DNA of 64,000 nucleotides from Lonsdalea iberica (GTDB lineage Bacteria; Pseudomonadota; Gammaproteobacteria; Enterobacterales; Enterobacteriaceae): NCBI RefSeq assembly GCF_002111585.1, contig NZ_LUTP01000008.1, positions 49,995 to 113,994 of the forward strand, read 5' to 3'. Shown piece by piece: positions 24,132 to 34,788 of this stretch (position 1 is its first letter; each line of letters starts with the position of its first letter). The notes under the pieces were generated by a model. It saw only the letters and a program-made list of their open reading frames with translations, ran no database searches and was not told where the DNA came from. The position numbers and the translations under genes were made by a program.

Positions 24132-25808
24132 TCACTGCAGATGCTCGATAATCGGCCCTAAGGCCAGCGAGGGAATAAAGGTCAGCGCCCCGACCAGCAG
24201 CACGGTGCCGATAATCAGCCCGACAAACAGCGCGCCGTGGGTCGGCAGCGTTCCGACGCTGGCGGGTTGCGTAGGGCGGTTTGCCAGCGATCCGGCGATG
24301 GCTAGCACGGGGATCATCGGGGCGAATCGACCCATCAGCATGGCGGCGCCCAGCAGCAGGTTGTAGAACGGCGTGTTCGCAGCCAGCCCGGCGAACGCGC
24401 TGCCGTTATTGTTGGCGGCGGACGAGAGCGCATACAGCACCTCGGTAAAGCCGTGGGGACCGGGGTTCAATATGCCGGCTTGACCGGCGTCGGTCATCAT
24501 CGCCAACGCGGTGCCAAGCAGAACCAGCGTTGGGGCGATCAGGATGGCGAGCGCCGTCATTTTCATTTCCGGTACGCCGATTTTTTTTCCCAGATACTCC
24601 GGCGTGCGGCCGATCATCAGTCCGGCGACGAACACCGCCAGCAGCACATTCATCAGCATGCCGTACAGGCCGGAGCCCACGCCGCCGAAGACCACTTCGC
24701 CAATCTGCATCAGCCCTAGCGGCACCATTCCGCCCAGCGCGGTGAAGGAGTCGTGCATCGCATTGACCGCGCCGCATGAGGCCGCCGTCGTAATGACTGC
24801 GAACAAGGCCGATTGCAGGATGCCGAAGCGGCTCTCTTTGCCTTCCCAGTTCAGCACGCTGTCCGCGCCGTAGGCGGCCAGATGCGGATTACCGTCGACT
24901 TCGGCCTTCATGACCACGGCCGCGGCGACCACGAACATGATCAGCATCGCCCACAGCACGGTGTGCCCTTGTCGGGTATCACGGATCGCCCGGCCGAATG
25001 CCAGACACAGCGCGGCGGGGATCAGCAACATCGCCAGCATCTGCACGAAGTTGGTCAGCGCCGTCGGGTTCTCGAATGGATGCGCCGAGTTGGCGTTAAA
25101 CGCTCCCCCGCCGTTGACGCCGAGCATTTTGATGGCCTCTTGCGACGCGACGGGTCCCATCGGCAGCGTTTGCTGCACGCCTTCCAGCGTCGTGACGGTC
25201 AGGTCAGGGCTGAGGTTTTGCGGCACGCCCTGACTGACCATCAACAGCGCCGTCAGCAGAGACAGCGGCAGCAGCACGAACAGCGTAGTTCGCGTCAGGT
25301 CGCGCCACGCGTTGCCTAGCTTGTCGGTCGCATGGCGGGAGAACCCGCGAATCAATGCGAACAGCGCCGCGAAACCGGTTGCTGCCGAGAGGAAGTTCTG
25401 CACGGTCAGCCCCATCGTCGTGCTGAAGTGGCTGATGGTGTTTTCCCCAGCGTAAGACTGCCAGTTGGTGTTGCTGACAAAGCTGACGGCGGTGTTCAGC
25501 GCCAGATGCCATGACAGTCCCGGTAATCCCTGCGGATTGAGCGGTAGAACCCCTTGTAACATTAGGATGGCGAACAGGACGATGATGCCGAGCAGGTTGA
25601 ACGCCAGCACCGCCGCCAGATATTGACGCCAGTTCATGTCGCCGTCCGAGATGCCGCACAGTCGCCACACCCCACGCTCAAGCCATGCCGTTCCCGGCAA
25701 TGCTTTATCGTGAATGAGTCCCGTCAGCAGGCGTCCCAGCGGATGGGCTAATAACAACAGCGCCGCCAGGTAGACGGCGAGGAGTAAAACTGCGTCGGCG
25801 GCCATCAC
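24132..25808 (-). CDS. kdpA: potassium-transporting ATPase subunit KdpA
   Basis: 558 aa, collinear with E. coli KdpA. Confidence 0.9.
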   Translation of the reverse strand: MMAADAVLLLAVYLAALLLLAHPLGRLLTGLIHDKALPGTAWLERGVWRLCGISDGDMNWRQYLAAVLAFNLLGIIVLFAILMLQGVLPLNPQGLPGLSWHLALNTAVSFVSNTNWQSYAGENTISHFSTTMGLTVQNFLSAATGFAALFALIRGFSRHATDKLGNAWRDLTRTTLFVLLPLSLLTALLMVSQGVPQNLSPDLTVTTLEGVQQTLPMGPVASQEAIKMLGVNGGGAFNANSAHPFENPTALTNFVQMLAMLLIPAALCLAFGRAIRDTRQGHTVLWAMLIMFVVAAAVVMKAEVDGNPHLAAYGADSVLNWEGKESRFGILQSALFAVITTAASCGAVNAMHDSFTALGGMVPLGLMQIGEVVFGGVGSGLYGMLMNVLLAVFVAGLMIGRTPEYLGKKIGVPEMKMTALAILIAPTLVLLGTALAMMTDAGQAGILNPGPHGFTEVLYALSSAANNNGSAFAGLAANTPFYNLLLGAAMLMGRFAPMIPVLAIAGSLANRPTQPASVGTLPTHGALFVGLIIGTVLLVGALTFIPSLALGPIIEHLQ

Positions 25809-25894
25809 AGCGCCTCCGCATGAAACAGGGCGTAAAACAGGTAGCCCAGCAATAAAAAGACCAGCACGATGCCGGCGATGATTCCTGCGCTCAC
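25805..25894 (-). CDS. kdpF: KdpF small membrane subunit
   Basis: 29 aa, GTG start: [29 protein letters not shown] (E. coli [29 protein letters not shown]). Its stop overlaps the kdpA ATG. Confidence 0.6.
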   Translation of the reverse strand: MSAGIIAGIVLVFLLLGYLFYALFHAEAL

Positions 25895-25949
25895 GGTGAT
25901 TCTCCAGGTGTGAAGGGAATACGGAGGAGCGTAGAGAAAGGGAAATAAA

Positions 25950-25992
25950 AATGTCGTCAAATTGCGGAGGGGCAGTATAAAAATTTTGTATA
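25950..25992 (-). promoter_or_regulatory. kdp promoter with KdpE-operator-like T-rich site
   Basis: Minus-strand sequence CCATTTATACAAAATTTTTATACTGCCCCTCCGC resembles the E. coli kdpFABC KdpE site (TTTATACTTTTTTTACACCCCGCC). Confidence 0.4.
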
Positions 25993-26168
25993 AATGGAAC
26001 GAAAACTTGGCAATGTCGGGTCTGTTAGGGGAGGCGCGATCGACACTGTCGATGTCCGCCGGTTACGCGCCGGGGCCATGAGCTTGCGTCGCGCAGTGTC
26101 AAAACGCGCGCAAGCCATGCGGTGAATGCCGTCCGCGCAAAGGGACATGGATAGCGTTGGCCATGCGC

Positions 26169-27242
26169 TCAATCGGGGGCTTTCGCAGGGTGTTCCTCGG
26201 GGATCATGCCGGGAGGCGGCAATAACCGAGCCTGTCGTAGCGCCGCGAGGTTGCCCGATCCTGTGCAGAAGCAGGCAATTTTCAGTTGGCGAATGAGGAT
26301 GTCAAAATGGGCGATCACTGCCTCGGTGGAGCGGGTGGCGGCCTCAAGAACGCCTGCTGCCTGACCCACGATGTCCGCGCCCAGTCGGAGCGCTTTCGCC
26401 GCATCCACGCCGTTGCGAATACCACCGGAAGCGACCAGCGTCGTCTCCGGCAATGCTTGCCGAACCTGTTGTACCGCAGTGACGCTGGGGATGCCCCAGT
26501 CGGCAAACGCCATGGCCACCTCCCGGTCGGCGGGATGGTCTGCGCGCTCGGCTTCCACTGCCGCCCAATGGGTGCCGCCCATGCCCGCAATATCGATGGC
26601 CTGTACACCCGCGTCGACCAGCATTCGCGCTACCCGCGCCGAAAGACCTGTCCCGACCTCCTTTACCATCACCGGGACGCCGAGATGAGCGGTCGTTCGT
26701 GCAATGCAGGCCAGTACCCCGCGCCAGTCCCGATCCCCCTCGGGTTGAACCGCCTCCTGCAACGGATTGAGGTGGATGATGAGGCCGTTGGCTTCCAGTG
26801 TTTCCACCGCGCGGCTGGCGAGCGTTAGCCCATCAGATTCCAGCAGTTGGGCGGCGCCGATATTGGCGAGCAACGGGACATTCGGCGCGGCGCGGCGTAA
26901 TGCGCGCGTCAGCCCCTGACGGTGGTCGGTTCGCAGACTCACGCGCTGCGAACCCACGCCCATAGCGATGCGTAACGACTGCGCCGCTTCCGCCAGATGT
27001 CGGTTGATGGCCTCGGCGCGTCTCGCTCCGCCGGTCATGGAACTAATCAGCAGAGGCGCTCGCACCCCGATGCCCAGCAACGTGCTGCTCAGGTCGATGC
27101 CCTCAAGGCTTAGCTCCGGCAACGCGCAGTGTTCGAACTGGACGAGATCCCAGCCTGCGGAGGTATGCGAAGCGGCCTTCTGCCTGAGGACGATATCCAG
27201 GTGGTCGTTTTTGCGTTGGCTTAGCGCGTCGCTTGGTTTCAT
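26169..27242 (-). CDS. idi: type 2 (FMN-dependent) isopentenyl-diphosphate isomerase, last gene of GA operon
   Basis: 357 aa TIM-barrel Fni family ([18 protein letters not shown]...). The last codons of ks form an AGGGAG Shine-Dalgarno 5 nt upstream. Confidence 0.8.
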   Translation of the reverse strand: MKPSDALSQRKNDHLDIVLRQKAASHTSAGWDLVQFEHCALPELSLEGIDLSSTLLGIGVRAPLLISSMTGGARRAEAINRHLAEAAQSLRIAMGVGSQRVSLRTDHRQGLTRALRRAAPNVPLLANIGAAQLLESDGLTLASRAVETLEANGLIIHLNPLQEAVQPEGDRDWRGVLACIARTTAHLGVPVMVKEVGTGLSARVARMLVDAGVQAIDIAGMGGTHWAAVEAERADHPADREVAMAFADWGIPSVTAVQQVRQALPETTLVASGGIRNGVDAAKALRLGADIVGQAAGVLEAATRSTEAVIAHFDILIRQLKIACFCTGSGNLAALRQARLLPPPGMIPEEHPAKAPD

Positions 27243-27244
27243 TT

Positions 27245-28183
27245 TTACTCCCTGTCATTTCCCGCTGATGTGTGGCGCGGATTGCCTGAGCGGGCGGACG
27301 TTGCCGAGCCGTCAACCCGGTAGCGTAGGGCCGATGTGGCGTAGTATTGAGCGCGAACCGTCAGCATGGTTTTCATCAGTCGTACCCAGACGGGAGCGAA
27401 TTGCGCCGTCTCCAATAGCGGCCTCAGCATCCTTTCGTAGCCGGAGATTTCAGTCTGAAGAAACGCGACGGCGTTCAACGTGGGATAGCGGCGTTCGAGC
27501 TGTACCGCCAGATTATCGGCTTCGCCCGAGGCGCGATCGTTGTCGAGGCCATGCAGATCGTTTTGCAATCGGCCGATGGCGCAGAGGAAGCGCAGGGCGT
27601 TCTGAAAGGTCGGTTCGGTCAGCCAGCGCGGCATATCCAGTTCCCACAGCAGCGACAGGCATCCGAACACATTTCGGTAGCCGATGGAGTCGATGCCGTT
27701 TCGGAGATGTTCGGCATAAGACCAGCCACCAGGGTCGCTCGCGAGGCGCTTGCCGTTTCGTAAGGCCGTGCTGTATGCCTGTGTGTCGGCCAGCAGCTGT
27801 GAATAATCGTGTTTGTGGCAGGCCAGTTGGGCCAGACGATGGCGCAGCGCGGAGCAGCCCTCGGACGCCGTTGGCGCGTCCGGCGTCCGGCCGACGAGGA
27901 TGCCCTCGACGACGGCGTAGTCGTCGGGTGTTATCGCCGCGCGATCGTGACAATCATCGATCCAGAACAGCAGCGCCATCTCCTGATAGAAAGCAAGCAC
28001 TCGCGCTTCGTCGTCCGGATCGCGCCCGGTACGGGCGCTCATCGCGATCAGCTCGGGTCGAATACTGTGGAGGATAAATTGTCCTCCCCGGACGGCCTCC
28101 ACCGCATGCTCGTCGAGAAAGCCGGACAGCGTTTCGCCCCAGGCCTTCACCTGCTGGCAGGCGTCGTCGTGCAGGGTCATCAC
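27245..28183 (-). CDS. ks: class I terpene synthase, ent-kaurene synthase-like (GA operon ks)
   Basis: About 313 aa from [10 protein letters not shown]. DDxxD motif (WIDDCHD) and an NSE/DTE-like region ([16 protein letters not shown]). Its ATG overlaps the cps stop (ATGTGATGACC). The ORF caller's start at 28369 lies inside cps. Confidence 0.75.
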   Translation of the reverse strand: MMTLHDDACQQVKAWGETLSGFLDEHAVEAVRGGQFILHSIRPELIAMSARTGRDPDDEARVLAFYQEMALLFWIDDCHDRAAITPDDYAVVEGILVGRTPDAPTASEGCSALRHRLAQLACHKHDYSQLLADTQAYSTALRNGKRLASDPGGWSYAEHLRNGIDSIGYRNVFGCLSLLWELDMPRWLTEPTFQNALRFLCAIGRLQNDLHGLDNDRASGEADNLAVQLERRYPTLNAVAFLQTEISGYERMLRPLLETAQFAPVWVRLMKTMLTVRAQYYATSALRYRVDGSATSARSGNPRHTSAGNDRE

Positions 28184-29751
28184 ATCCGTTCTCCTTGCGT
28201 TTCTGTTTGTGCGTCGCAAACATCGGCGTGGGGGGAGTTCCAGTTCAGCGCCAGCCAAAGCCCGGCTAGTTCGGTGACCCGCACCACGCGCTGAGGGCAA
28301 TACAGCTCTTTCCCGATCCACAGCGGCGTAACGGGAAGCTGGTTCGGCTGATAGCGCGCCAGCAACCACTCCCGCGCCCGATCGACGGCTGACGCCAGCT
28401 TCTCGCGCAGGTCGGCGTCAACTCTGCCGTTCATGACGTGCAGCGCGAACAGCGCATAGGCGGTCTCTTCCTGCGTCGGCGCAGACCCGGCGCCCCAGCC
28501 TCCCGACGGGTGTTGCGCCCCCAGAATCTTGTACAGCACATCATCATCTCGCCACGACGGCATGCCGTGCGCCAGCGCGGCGACGGCATGTGACGTCGGG
28601 TACAGCCAGGAGGCGTGCCATTTTTCGTTTTTCCATACGCCATCGGCGCTTTTGCCGTGCTCAATGTAGGCGCGTGCGGCGGGCGCGTCGGTGCCGAGCA
28701 GACTTAGCGCGTGCACGGCATGGATCGTCGTCGAAAGCGATGGATTGCGCTCGCCGGGGAAGGTCACGAACAGGTCGCCTTTTTCAAACTGACGCAGCGG
28801 ATTGAAAGTGAGTGAGTGGCCTGAAAGCTGCAGGACCGCTGCTGCGATGGCGGTATCGTCAGCATCCGACGCAAAAGTCTGTGCTGGCCCCACTCCGTGT
28901 GGGGTAAGGATCATCTGGATGCTTGCCGCGAGGGTTTGCACCACGGTGGTGAGCGAGGGAGCAGAAAACAGGCCCGCGAGGTGAAGCGAGTACAGCGACC
29001 AGCAGGGTTCGAAAACGTCGATGGGCCAGACGTTCGGCACCACGCCGTCAATGCCGACGCCGGTCGCGCGCGAGGCATTGTGCAGATAATGTGCTGTACG
29101 TTCTTGAGGCGCGGCCGAGTTTTCGGCACAGGCGCGACCGAGCCAGACCGCGGTCGCCGATGGGCTAATGCCAACGCTGCCGAATGCGTCTGGCGTGGCC
29201 TCGGTCGATGTCCGCCCCCAGGACTCCCAGGAGTGGAACAGAGGGTGCCCTGACGGCACCGCGGTAAGCGATTCCAGTTTTTCCAGCCGCGCGGCTTCCG
29301 CCTGATAGAGCGCGCCATAGCGCGGGTAGGCGAGAGCGGGCAGAAGCCTGGTCGCCTGACGGCATAGCAGCGGCAGGATCAGCTCGACGCCGATGGGCGC
29401 GTCGTCCGGGATGCCATCGGCATAGGGATCGTTCTCCTGCGTCAAATACGCGTCGGCAGCAGCGAGGGCGGCGGCGGCCCCCTCGGGCTGAGGCTGCGCC
29501 TCATGTAGCGCCAGTACTGCCGCTACGGTCGGTACCTGACGATGCAGCGGGAAGTCCGGGCTGCCCCAACCGCCGTCTTCGTGTTGTTGTTCAATCAGCC
29601 AGCGATAGGCGCCGGCGCGGTCGGGGGGACTGGGATGCGCGCGCAATAGCTGCGCGGTGTCGTACACCGAAGGGCCGACGTAGCCGCCGTCGTGCATGTC
29701 GGACAGCAGCGTATTCAGTTCGGTCAGGATATTTTCAGTTAAAACGTGCAT
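28180..29751 (-). CDS. cps: class II diterpene cyclase, ent-copalyl diphosphate synthase-like (GA operon cps)
   Basis: 523 aa. DxDDTA general-acid motif (FASDADDTAIA). Size fits bacterial CPS rather than squalene-hopene cyclase. Confidence 0.8.
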   Translation of the reverse strand: MHVLTENILTELNTLLSDMHDGGYVGPSVYDTAQLLRAHPSPPDRAGAYRWLIEQQHEDGGWGSPDFPLHRQVPTVAAVLALHEAQPQPEGAAAALAAADAYLTQENDPYADGIPDDAPIGVELILPLLCRQATRLLPALAYPRYGALYQAEAARLEKLESLTAVPSGHPLFHSWESWGRTSTEATPDAFGSVGISPSATAVWLGRACAENSAAPQERTAHYLHNASRATGVGIDGVVPNVWPIDVFEPCWSLYSLHLAGLFSAPSLTTVVQTLAASIQMILTPHGVGPAQTFASDADDTAIAAAVLQLSGHSLTFNPLRQFEKGDLFVTFPGERNPSLSTTIHAVHALSLLGTDAPAARAYIEHGKSADGVWKNEKWHASWLYPTSHAVAALAHGMPSWRDDDVLYKILGAQHPSGGWGAGSAPTQEETAYALFALHVMNGRVDADLREKLASAVDRAREWLLARYQPNQLPVTPLWIGKELYCPQRVVRVTELAGLWLALNWNSPHADVCDAQTETQGERM

Positions 29752-29801
29752 GGTGAGTTCTCCCTATTAGGCACCCCGTCGATGACGAGCGCACCCGGAA
29801 A

Positions 29802-30818
29802 TCAGGGCAGCCGTTTAGCCGCCAGTGCAATCAGTTGCGCCAGTTTTTCGGCGCGCGGCCCCAGCGGCGTAATCGCCGTCTCGGCTTCATGGAACAAATC
29901 CGAAGCCAGCGAGCGAGCGGCCGCTATCCCCATCAGGGATGCGCAGGTGGGTTTCTGCGCCGCCGCATCTTTGCCTGCGGTTTTCCCGAGCGTAGCGGTG
30001 TCCTCGGTGGCGTCGAGAATGTCGTCGATGACCTGTAACGCCAGGCCGAACGAGGCGCTGTAGCGGTCCAGCGCCTCGTAGAGTTCGCGGTGTTCGTCGT
30101 CGTCGATAACCGTGCAGAGCACCCCCATGCGTACCGACGCGCGAACCAGCGCGCCGCTTTTCATGGCGTGCATTTTGATGATGTGATCCAGCGGTACGCT
30201 TTTGCCGACGAGGGCCAAATCGATTGCCTGACCGCCTGCGGCCCCCTCGGTGGACACGGCGCGAGCCAGTTCCTGTACCAGCGCGATGCGGTTTTCTGCG
30301 GGAATCGCCAACTGTGTCAGCGTAAGAAAGGCGTGGGCCTGTAATGCGTCCCCGACCAGGATCGCCGTCGCTTCGTCGAACTTCACATGCACCGTGGGCA
30401 GGCCCCGGCGCAGTACATCGTCATCCATCGCGGGGAGATCATCATGAACCAGCGTGCAGGCATGCATCATTTCGATCGCGGCGCCGATGCCGTGCAGAAG
30501 GGGCGCGGGAGTGTCATTCAGCGCTCCCGCGGCTTGGGTCAGCAGCGCTCGGGTACGCTTACCGCCCTGTAGCGTGGCATATCGCATTGCCTCGGACAGA
30601 CGGGTGCTCTGGTCGTAGTCCGAAGGTAAAAGCGCTGCCAGCGCATGCTCGATGTGCTTGGCGTTGGTTTTCATCCATACGTTCACGTCCTGCGTATGAA
30701 GGGGCTGCCCCCCGTAGGAGCCCGTTTCACGGGCGCCGAGGGCGGACTTCGGGTTCTTGCGCCTGTTGGTGAGGATATTCATCATCTTCGATCCCATAGT
30801 TTCCGTGTCATCAATCAA
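29802..30818 (-). CDS. ggps: geranylgeranyl diphosphate synthase (trans-prenyltransferase) of GA operon
   Basis: First and second DDxxD motifs (LVHDDLPAMDDD, VIDDILD). The true start may be an internal Met (MKTNAKHIEHA, about 30674). Confidence 0.8.
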   Translation of the reverse strand: MIDDTETMGSKMMNILTNRRKNPKSALGARETGSYGGQPLHTQDVNVWMKTNAKHIEHALAALLPSDYDQSTRLSEAMRYATLQGGKRTRALLTQAAGALNDTPAPLLHGIGAAIEMMHACTLVHDDLPAMDDDVLRRGLPTVHVKFDEATAILVGDALQAHAFLTLTQLAIPAENRIALVQELARAVSTEGAAGGQAIDLALVGKSVPLDHIIKMHAMKSGALVRASVRMGVLCTVIDDDEHRELYEALDRYSASFGLALQVIDDILDATEDTATLGKTAGKDAAAQKPTCASLMGIAAARSLASDLFHEAETAITPLGPRAEKLAQLIALAAKRLP

Positions 30819-30933
30819 GAGCGTGGGTCAGTCCGTCTGGACGCTGTGCCTCAACGCACAAGACGCCCCCCGCGATAGTGGGCTTCCCTCGCCGTTCGTC
30901 CGGCGTTTTTCGTAACTCGGTCGCCCTCTGCCT

Positions 30934-32298
30934 TCACTCCGATAGGCGTCTGCCCGACTCTTTCGAAAAGGCGATGCGAATCCCCATCGAAGGATGCGCG
31001 GTGGGGTAGTAGTGAGTGCCTTTATCGGGGTCGTTCAGGAGCTGCGGCCGCCGCCCGGCACGGCGCAAGGTCAGCGCCAGCGCCACGCTGAACTGCATCA
31101 GTTCCAACCACGCCAGGTGATAGCCGATGCAGACATGCGGCCCCGTCCCGAATTGCAGCGCGTCGATGGATTTGATCGACTCCGTCCTGTTCAGCCAGCG
31201 CTCCAGCCGAAACTCATCAGGCTGCTCGTGCAGCCGGGAGGAGTGCGACAGGTGCAGAAGCGGAATGCACAGATTGGTGCCTGCCTGGATGCGGTGACCG
31301 GCGATGTCGAGATCTTGCACGGCGCGTCGGGGCAAAAGCGTCGTGGGCGGATGCAGGCGCGCCGTCTCCCGGAAGACCGCTTCCGCGATCGGATATCGCG
31401 CCAGATCGCTGTGCTGGGTGGGGATTCGCCCGTGTCGCTCCGCCTCTTCGCATAGCGACTCCCAGACGTCGGGGCGACGCGCCAGTTCAACGGTTATCCA
31501 TGCCATTGTCGATGCCGTGGTGTCGTGGCCCGCGAGCACCAGCAGGCGCAGGTTGGCAATCAGCGTATCGTCGGGCAACTGCTGTTCGTTCTGGTCAAAC
31601 GACGTCACCAATGCGCAGAATAGGCCTGGCTGATCAGGATGGGCGCGCGCATGCCGGATATAGTCCCGCAGCTGTCCGTCAATCCAGTCGCGCGCCGCCC
31701 GCCCGCGCCGCAGCGGGGTGCCGGGCAGGTCAATGGGCGGCGCGATAAGCAGACGGATCAGGTCGCGATATTGACGATGCCACTGGGGGAGGTCGCGTGC
31801 AGGAATACCCAACAGGCGGAAAATCAGCGTGAGCATCAGGTCGTTGGACTCCCGCAGAATCGAAATCTCGTCCAGCGCGCACCACTGCTGAATACGCTGG
31901 TGAATCAGGGGGGCGAAGGTTTCTCCAATGGCCGCTTGCGTCAGCCCTTTCGGTAGAAAGGTCGGCTTGATGGCATCTCGGGCATGTCGGTGCGTCATGC
32001 CGTCCTGCGCCACGACCGATCCGCCCAGCATATCGGTCGCCATTTCTTCAATCAGCGCCGACGAAGCCTCTTTGTTTCTCAGTAGTGCGAACACGTCCGG
32101 GTGGGTGCTGGTCACGAAGTGCCCCGCAGGACCGAAATCGAGCCAAAAATGGTCGCCATAGGTCTTTTCTCCGTGGCGCAGCAGGCTGGGCAGATTGCAC
32201 ACGATGGCGGGAAGGTGCCCCAGAACGGGAAAAGCGCCCGCCATCATGGGAATGCCCTGCTCTGGACGAGGTCTGCGTTTAAACGGATTTAGCAGCAT
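30934..32298 (-). CDS. cyp117: cytochrome P450; by operon position CYP117 (ent-kaurene oxidase)
   Basis: 454 aa. Heme loop FGTGPHVCIGYHLA, ETLR and EXXR motifs. Confidence 0.75.
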   Translation of the reverse strand: MLLNPFKRRPRPEQGIPMMAGAFPVLGHLPAIVCNLPSLLRHGEKTYGDHFWLDFGPAGHFVTSTHPDVFALLRNKEASSALIEEMATDMLGGSVVAQDGMTHRHARDAIKPTFLPKGLTQAAIGETFAPLIHQRIQQWCALDEISILRESNDLMLTLIFRLLGIPARDLPQWHRQYRDLIRLLIAPPIDLPGTPLRRGRAARDWIDGQLRDYIRHARAHPDQPGLFCALVTSFDQNEQQLPDDTLIANLRLLVLAGHDTTASTMAWITVELARRPDVWESLCEEAERHGRIPTQHSDLARYPIAEAVFRETARLHPPTTLLPRRAVQDLDIAGHRIQAGTNLCIPLLHLSHSSRLHEQPDEFRLERWLNRTESIKSIDALQFGTGPHVCIGYHLAWLELMQFSVALALTLRRAGRRPQLLNDPDKGTHYYPTAHPSMGIRIAFSKESGRRLSE

Positions 32299-32311
32299 AT
32301 CGTCATCTCCA

Positions 32312-33151
32312 TCACGAACGGGGAAGGTCGAGGTCTGGGCTGATGGGCGCAGGACGGCGAATATTGCCGCCGTCGGCGTAGGTGGGCACGTGCGACAGCA
32401 TCCCTCCGTCGATGCGTATCACCTGACCCGTGATGAACGCGGCGTCCTCGGAGAGGAGAAAAACCACCAGTGCCGCGACGTCTTCCGGCAGCCCGGTACG
32501 CGGTAGCAGTTGGTGCCGCATCAGGTGTTGCCGCAGGGTATCGTTCAGCTTGGCCGCCAGACGCTCGGTGATAATCAGTCCCGGCGCCACCGCGTTGCAG
32601 CGTATGCCGCTCTGGCCGTACTGCGTCGCCAGGGACGCGGTCAACATGTTCATCCCGGCCTTTGAGGCGGAATAGGAGGTGAGTGCCGTATCGCCGCTCA
32701 ATCCCTGACATGAGGTCATGTTGATAATGGCGCCGCCCCCGCGGGCGACCATGCCGGGGATAGCCTGACGGCAGCACAGCAGCGTGCCGCGCAGGTTAGT
32801 GGCGATAATCTGATCCCAGATGGCGAGGTCCACCTCTAGAATATTGAGATCGCGCGGCGTGAGGTTCATGGCGCTGGCATTGTTGACCAACAAATCGACG
32901 CCGCTAAAATGACGCGCTGTCTGGGCGAACAGCGCGGCGACGCTACGTTCGTCCGAGATGTCCACGGACAACGCGATAGCCTCGCCGCCCGCTGCGCGGA
33001 TACTCTCGGCACAGATCTCGGCGCTATCGCCGTCGATATCCGCTACCACCACGCGCGCCCCTTCCTGAGCGATAGCGGCCGCGCAGGCCTTACCGATACC
33101 CGCTCCCGCGCCGGTGACTACAGCGGTTTTACCGTTGAACTTACCCATCGG
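32312..33151 (-). CDS. short-chain dehydrogenase/reductase of GA operon (SDR-GA)
   Basis: Internal start MGKFNGKTAVVTGAGAGIGKA preceded by AAGGAG. Catalytic YSASKAG motif. The ORF caller extends it upstream to 33289 through the ferredoxin C-terminal sequence. Confidence 0.75.
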   Translation of the reverse strand, partial: PMGKFNGKTAVVTGAGAGIGKACAAAIAQEGARVVVADIDGDSAEICAESIRAAGGEAIALSVDISDERSVAALFAQTARHFSGVDLLVNNASAMNLTPRDLNILEVDLAIWDQIIATNLRGTLLCCRQAIPGMVARGGGAIINMTSCQGLSGDTALTSYSASKAGMNMLTASLATQYGQSGIRCNAVAPGLIITERLAAKLNDTLRQHLMRHQLLPRTGLPEDVAALVVFLLSEDAAFITGQVIRIDGGMLSHVPTYADGGNIRRPAPISPDLDLPRS

Positions 33152-33405
33152 GCGCTCCTTGTTTTGTACGTCGATGACCTGCTCGTGGATGAGGGGAGGA
33201 CGTCCCCTCTCGTCGTCGAGGATCTCAATCGCGGCGACCGGGCATTGACTGGCCGCCAGCAACACCTTCTCGCGTAGCGCTTCCGACACGTCGCCCGAAT
33301 GGCTTCCGCAATGCCATCTTCATCGCGTTGCCAGAACATGCCGGGCAGGGTCAGTACGCACTGTCCCGTCGTGCCGCATAAGTCCGGGTTGACCTTCACT
33401 TTCAT
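33118..33405 (-). CDS. 3Fe-4S ferredoxin of GA operon (Fd-GA), apparently frameshifted
   Basis: N-terminus MKVKVNPDLCGTTGQCVLTLPGMFWQRDEDGIAEA in one frame. The C-terminal half (SEALREKVLLAASQCPVAAIEILDDE) is in the -1 frame, which continues without a stop into SDR. Confidence 0.6.
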   Translation of the reverse strand: MKVKVNPDLCGTTGQCVLTLPGMFWQRDEDGIAEAIRATCRKRYARRCCWRPVNARSPRLRSSTTRGDVLPSSTSRSSTYKTRSARWVSSTVKPL

Positions 33406-33406
33406 G

Positions 33407-34708
33407 TCATTCTCCTGGCGTATCCAAACGGACCGGCAGAGAGCGGAAGGTCCTGAGAAAGGCGGAAGGTTCCCGCTCCGGATCGCCGGCCAGCACAAGG
33501 TGTGGGAATCGTGCGTGGATGACGGGCAGGCATTCGGCCAACTGCACTCTCGCCAACTGGGCGCCGAGGCAGAAATGGATGCCGTGACCGAAGCTCAACA
33601 GGACGTGGCCGTCGGTGGACATGCCCGGCGCAGTGCCGTGGAAGCGTGACGGGTCGAAGCGGTCCGGGTCGGGGAATGCCGCTGGATCTCGGTTGCCGGA
33701 CGCGAGGAGCACGCGCACGTCAGCCCCTTCGGGGATGGTGACGTCGCCGAGGGGGATGTCGTACTGAGCGATGCGCGGAATGGAGCTGAACATGGCGGGG
33801 GCATCGTAGCGCAGCACTTCCTCGATAAAGGCTTTGACCGATGCCGCGTCGCCATCCAGCCAGCGCCGCTGTTCAGGAAACGCCAGCATGTCGAGAATGG
33901 CGTGATCGATCGTTGCGGCGGTGGTGGCGAATCCGCCCAGCAACATGCCCCACAGCATGCTGATGAGCTCCGCATCCGACAGTGTGTCGGCGTCATCATC
34001 GTGGGTGGACACCAGCGCCGATACCAGGTCTGACTGGGGGGCGCGCCGCTTTTGCTCTATCAGTCCTTCAAAATAGCGCTGCACCTCCAGGCTGGCCGCG
34101 TCCGATGCCGCAAGCTGTTCGTCGCTGGCGTGCGGGTTAAGTCCCTCCAGAATGGTGCGAATGCTGGCGGCGAGCGCGAAAATATCCGCCTGCGTCATAC
34201 CAAACAGTTCGGCGAAAGTCAGCATGGGCAGCACGACGGAGAAGGCTTCGTGCAGGTTGACGACATCGCCTTTTTCCAGCGAGGACGCGATATCGTCCAG
34301 TCGCGAATGAGTCACCCGCACGATGCCGGGTCGCAGGCTGTCGATCTGCCGCACCGTGAAGTCGCGGGAGACAAGTCGACGCAGGCGCGTGTGCGTGGGC
34401 GGCTCTTTCATGGCCAGCGTGGAGGCGAGCAGGTTCAGCGACCGGCTGGTCGCCGCCCGAGGGAAAAGGCGGGCTAAATCCTCGGCGGACGGGCCCCGGA
34501 AGGCGTCTCCAGTTGCTTTCAGCGCCCAGTAAATATCGGCGTGGCGACTCAGCAGAAAAATACCGGAGACTGAGCGATGTACGGGATCGTGCTCACGCAG
34601 CCAGCGCATATAGTCATACGGATTCGCGTTATTGTCCGGCGCAGCCAGCGCAGCGAATGCATCCCGGTAGGCGGCTGCCGATGGGGTTGAATGTTCTTGA
34701 GTGCTCAT
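33407..34708 (-). CDS. cyp114: cytochrome P450; by operon position CYP114 (ent-kaurenoic acid oxidase, ring contraction)
   Basis: GAGG lies 7 nt upstream of the [13 protein letters not shown]. Heme loop [14 protein letters not shown]. The ORF caller's start at 34762 is slightly longer. Confidence 0.75.
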   Translation of the reverse strand: MSTQEHSTPSAAAYRDAFAALAAPDNNANPYDYMRWLREHDPVHRSVSGIFLLSRHADIYWALKATGDAFRGPSAEDLARLFPRAATSRSLNLLASTLAMKEPPTHTRLRRLVSRDFTVRQIDSLRPGIVRVTHSRLDDIASSLEKGDVVNLHEAFSVVLPMLTFAELFGMTQADIFALAASIRTILEGLNPHASDEQLAASDAASLEVQRYFEGLIEQKRRAPQSDLVSALVSTHDDDADTLSDAELISMLWGMLLGGFATTAATIDHAILDMLAFPEQRRWLDGDAASVKAFIEEVLRYDAPAMFSSIPRIAQYDIPLGDVTIPEGADVRVLLASGNRDPAAFPDPDRFDPSRFHGTAPGMSTDGHVLLSFGHGIHFCLGAQLARVQLAECLPVIHARFPHLVLAGDPEREPSAFLRTFRSLPVRLDTPGE

Positions 34709-34788
34709 AAGTGACCTCACGCCTGTTCTGCAAGCGTTAGCGGAGAACAGGACAAATAACAACGGCCCTAAGGGGGCTGGTTTGGACG

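Noticed and set aside
26968-28077. 369-aa plus-strand ORF across idi and ks
   Set aside because: It is antisense to the GA-operon genes and has an extremely Arg/Ser/Pro-rich translation. It is a GC artefact.
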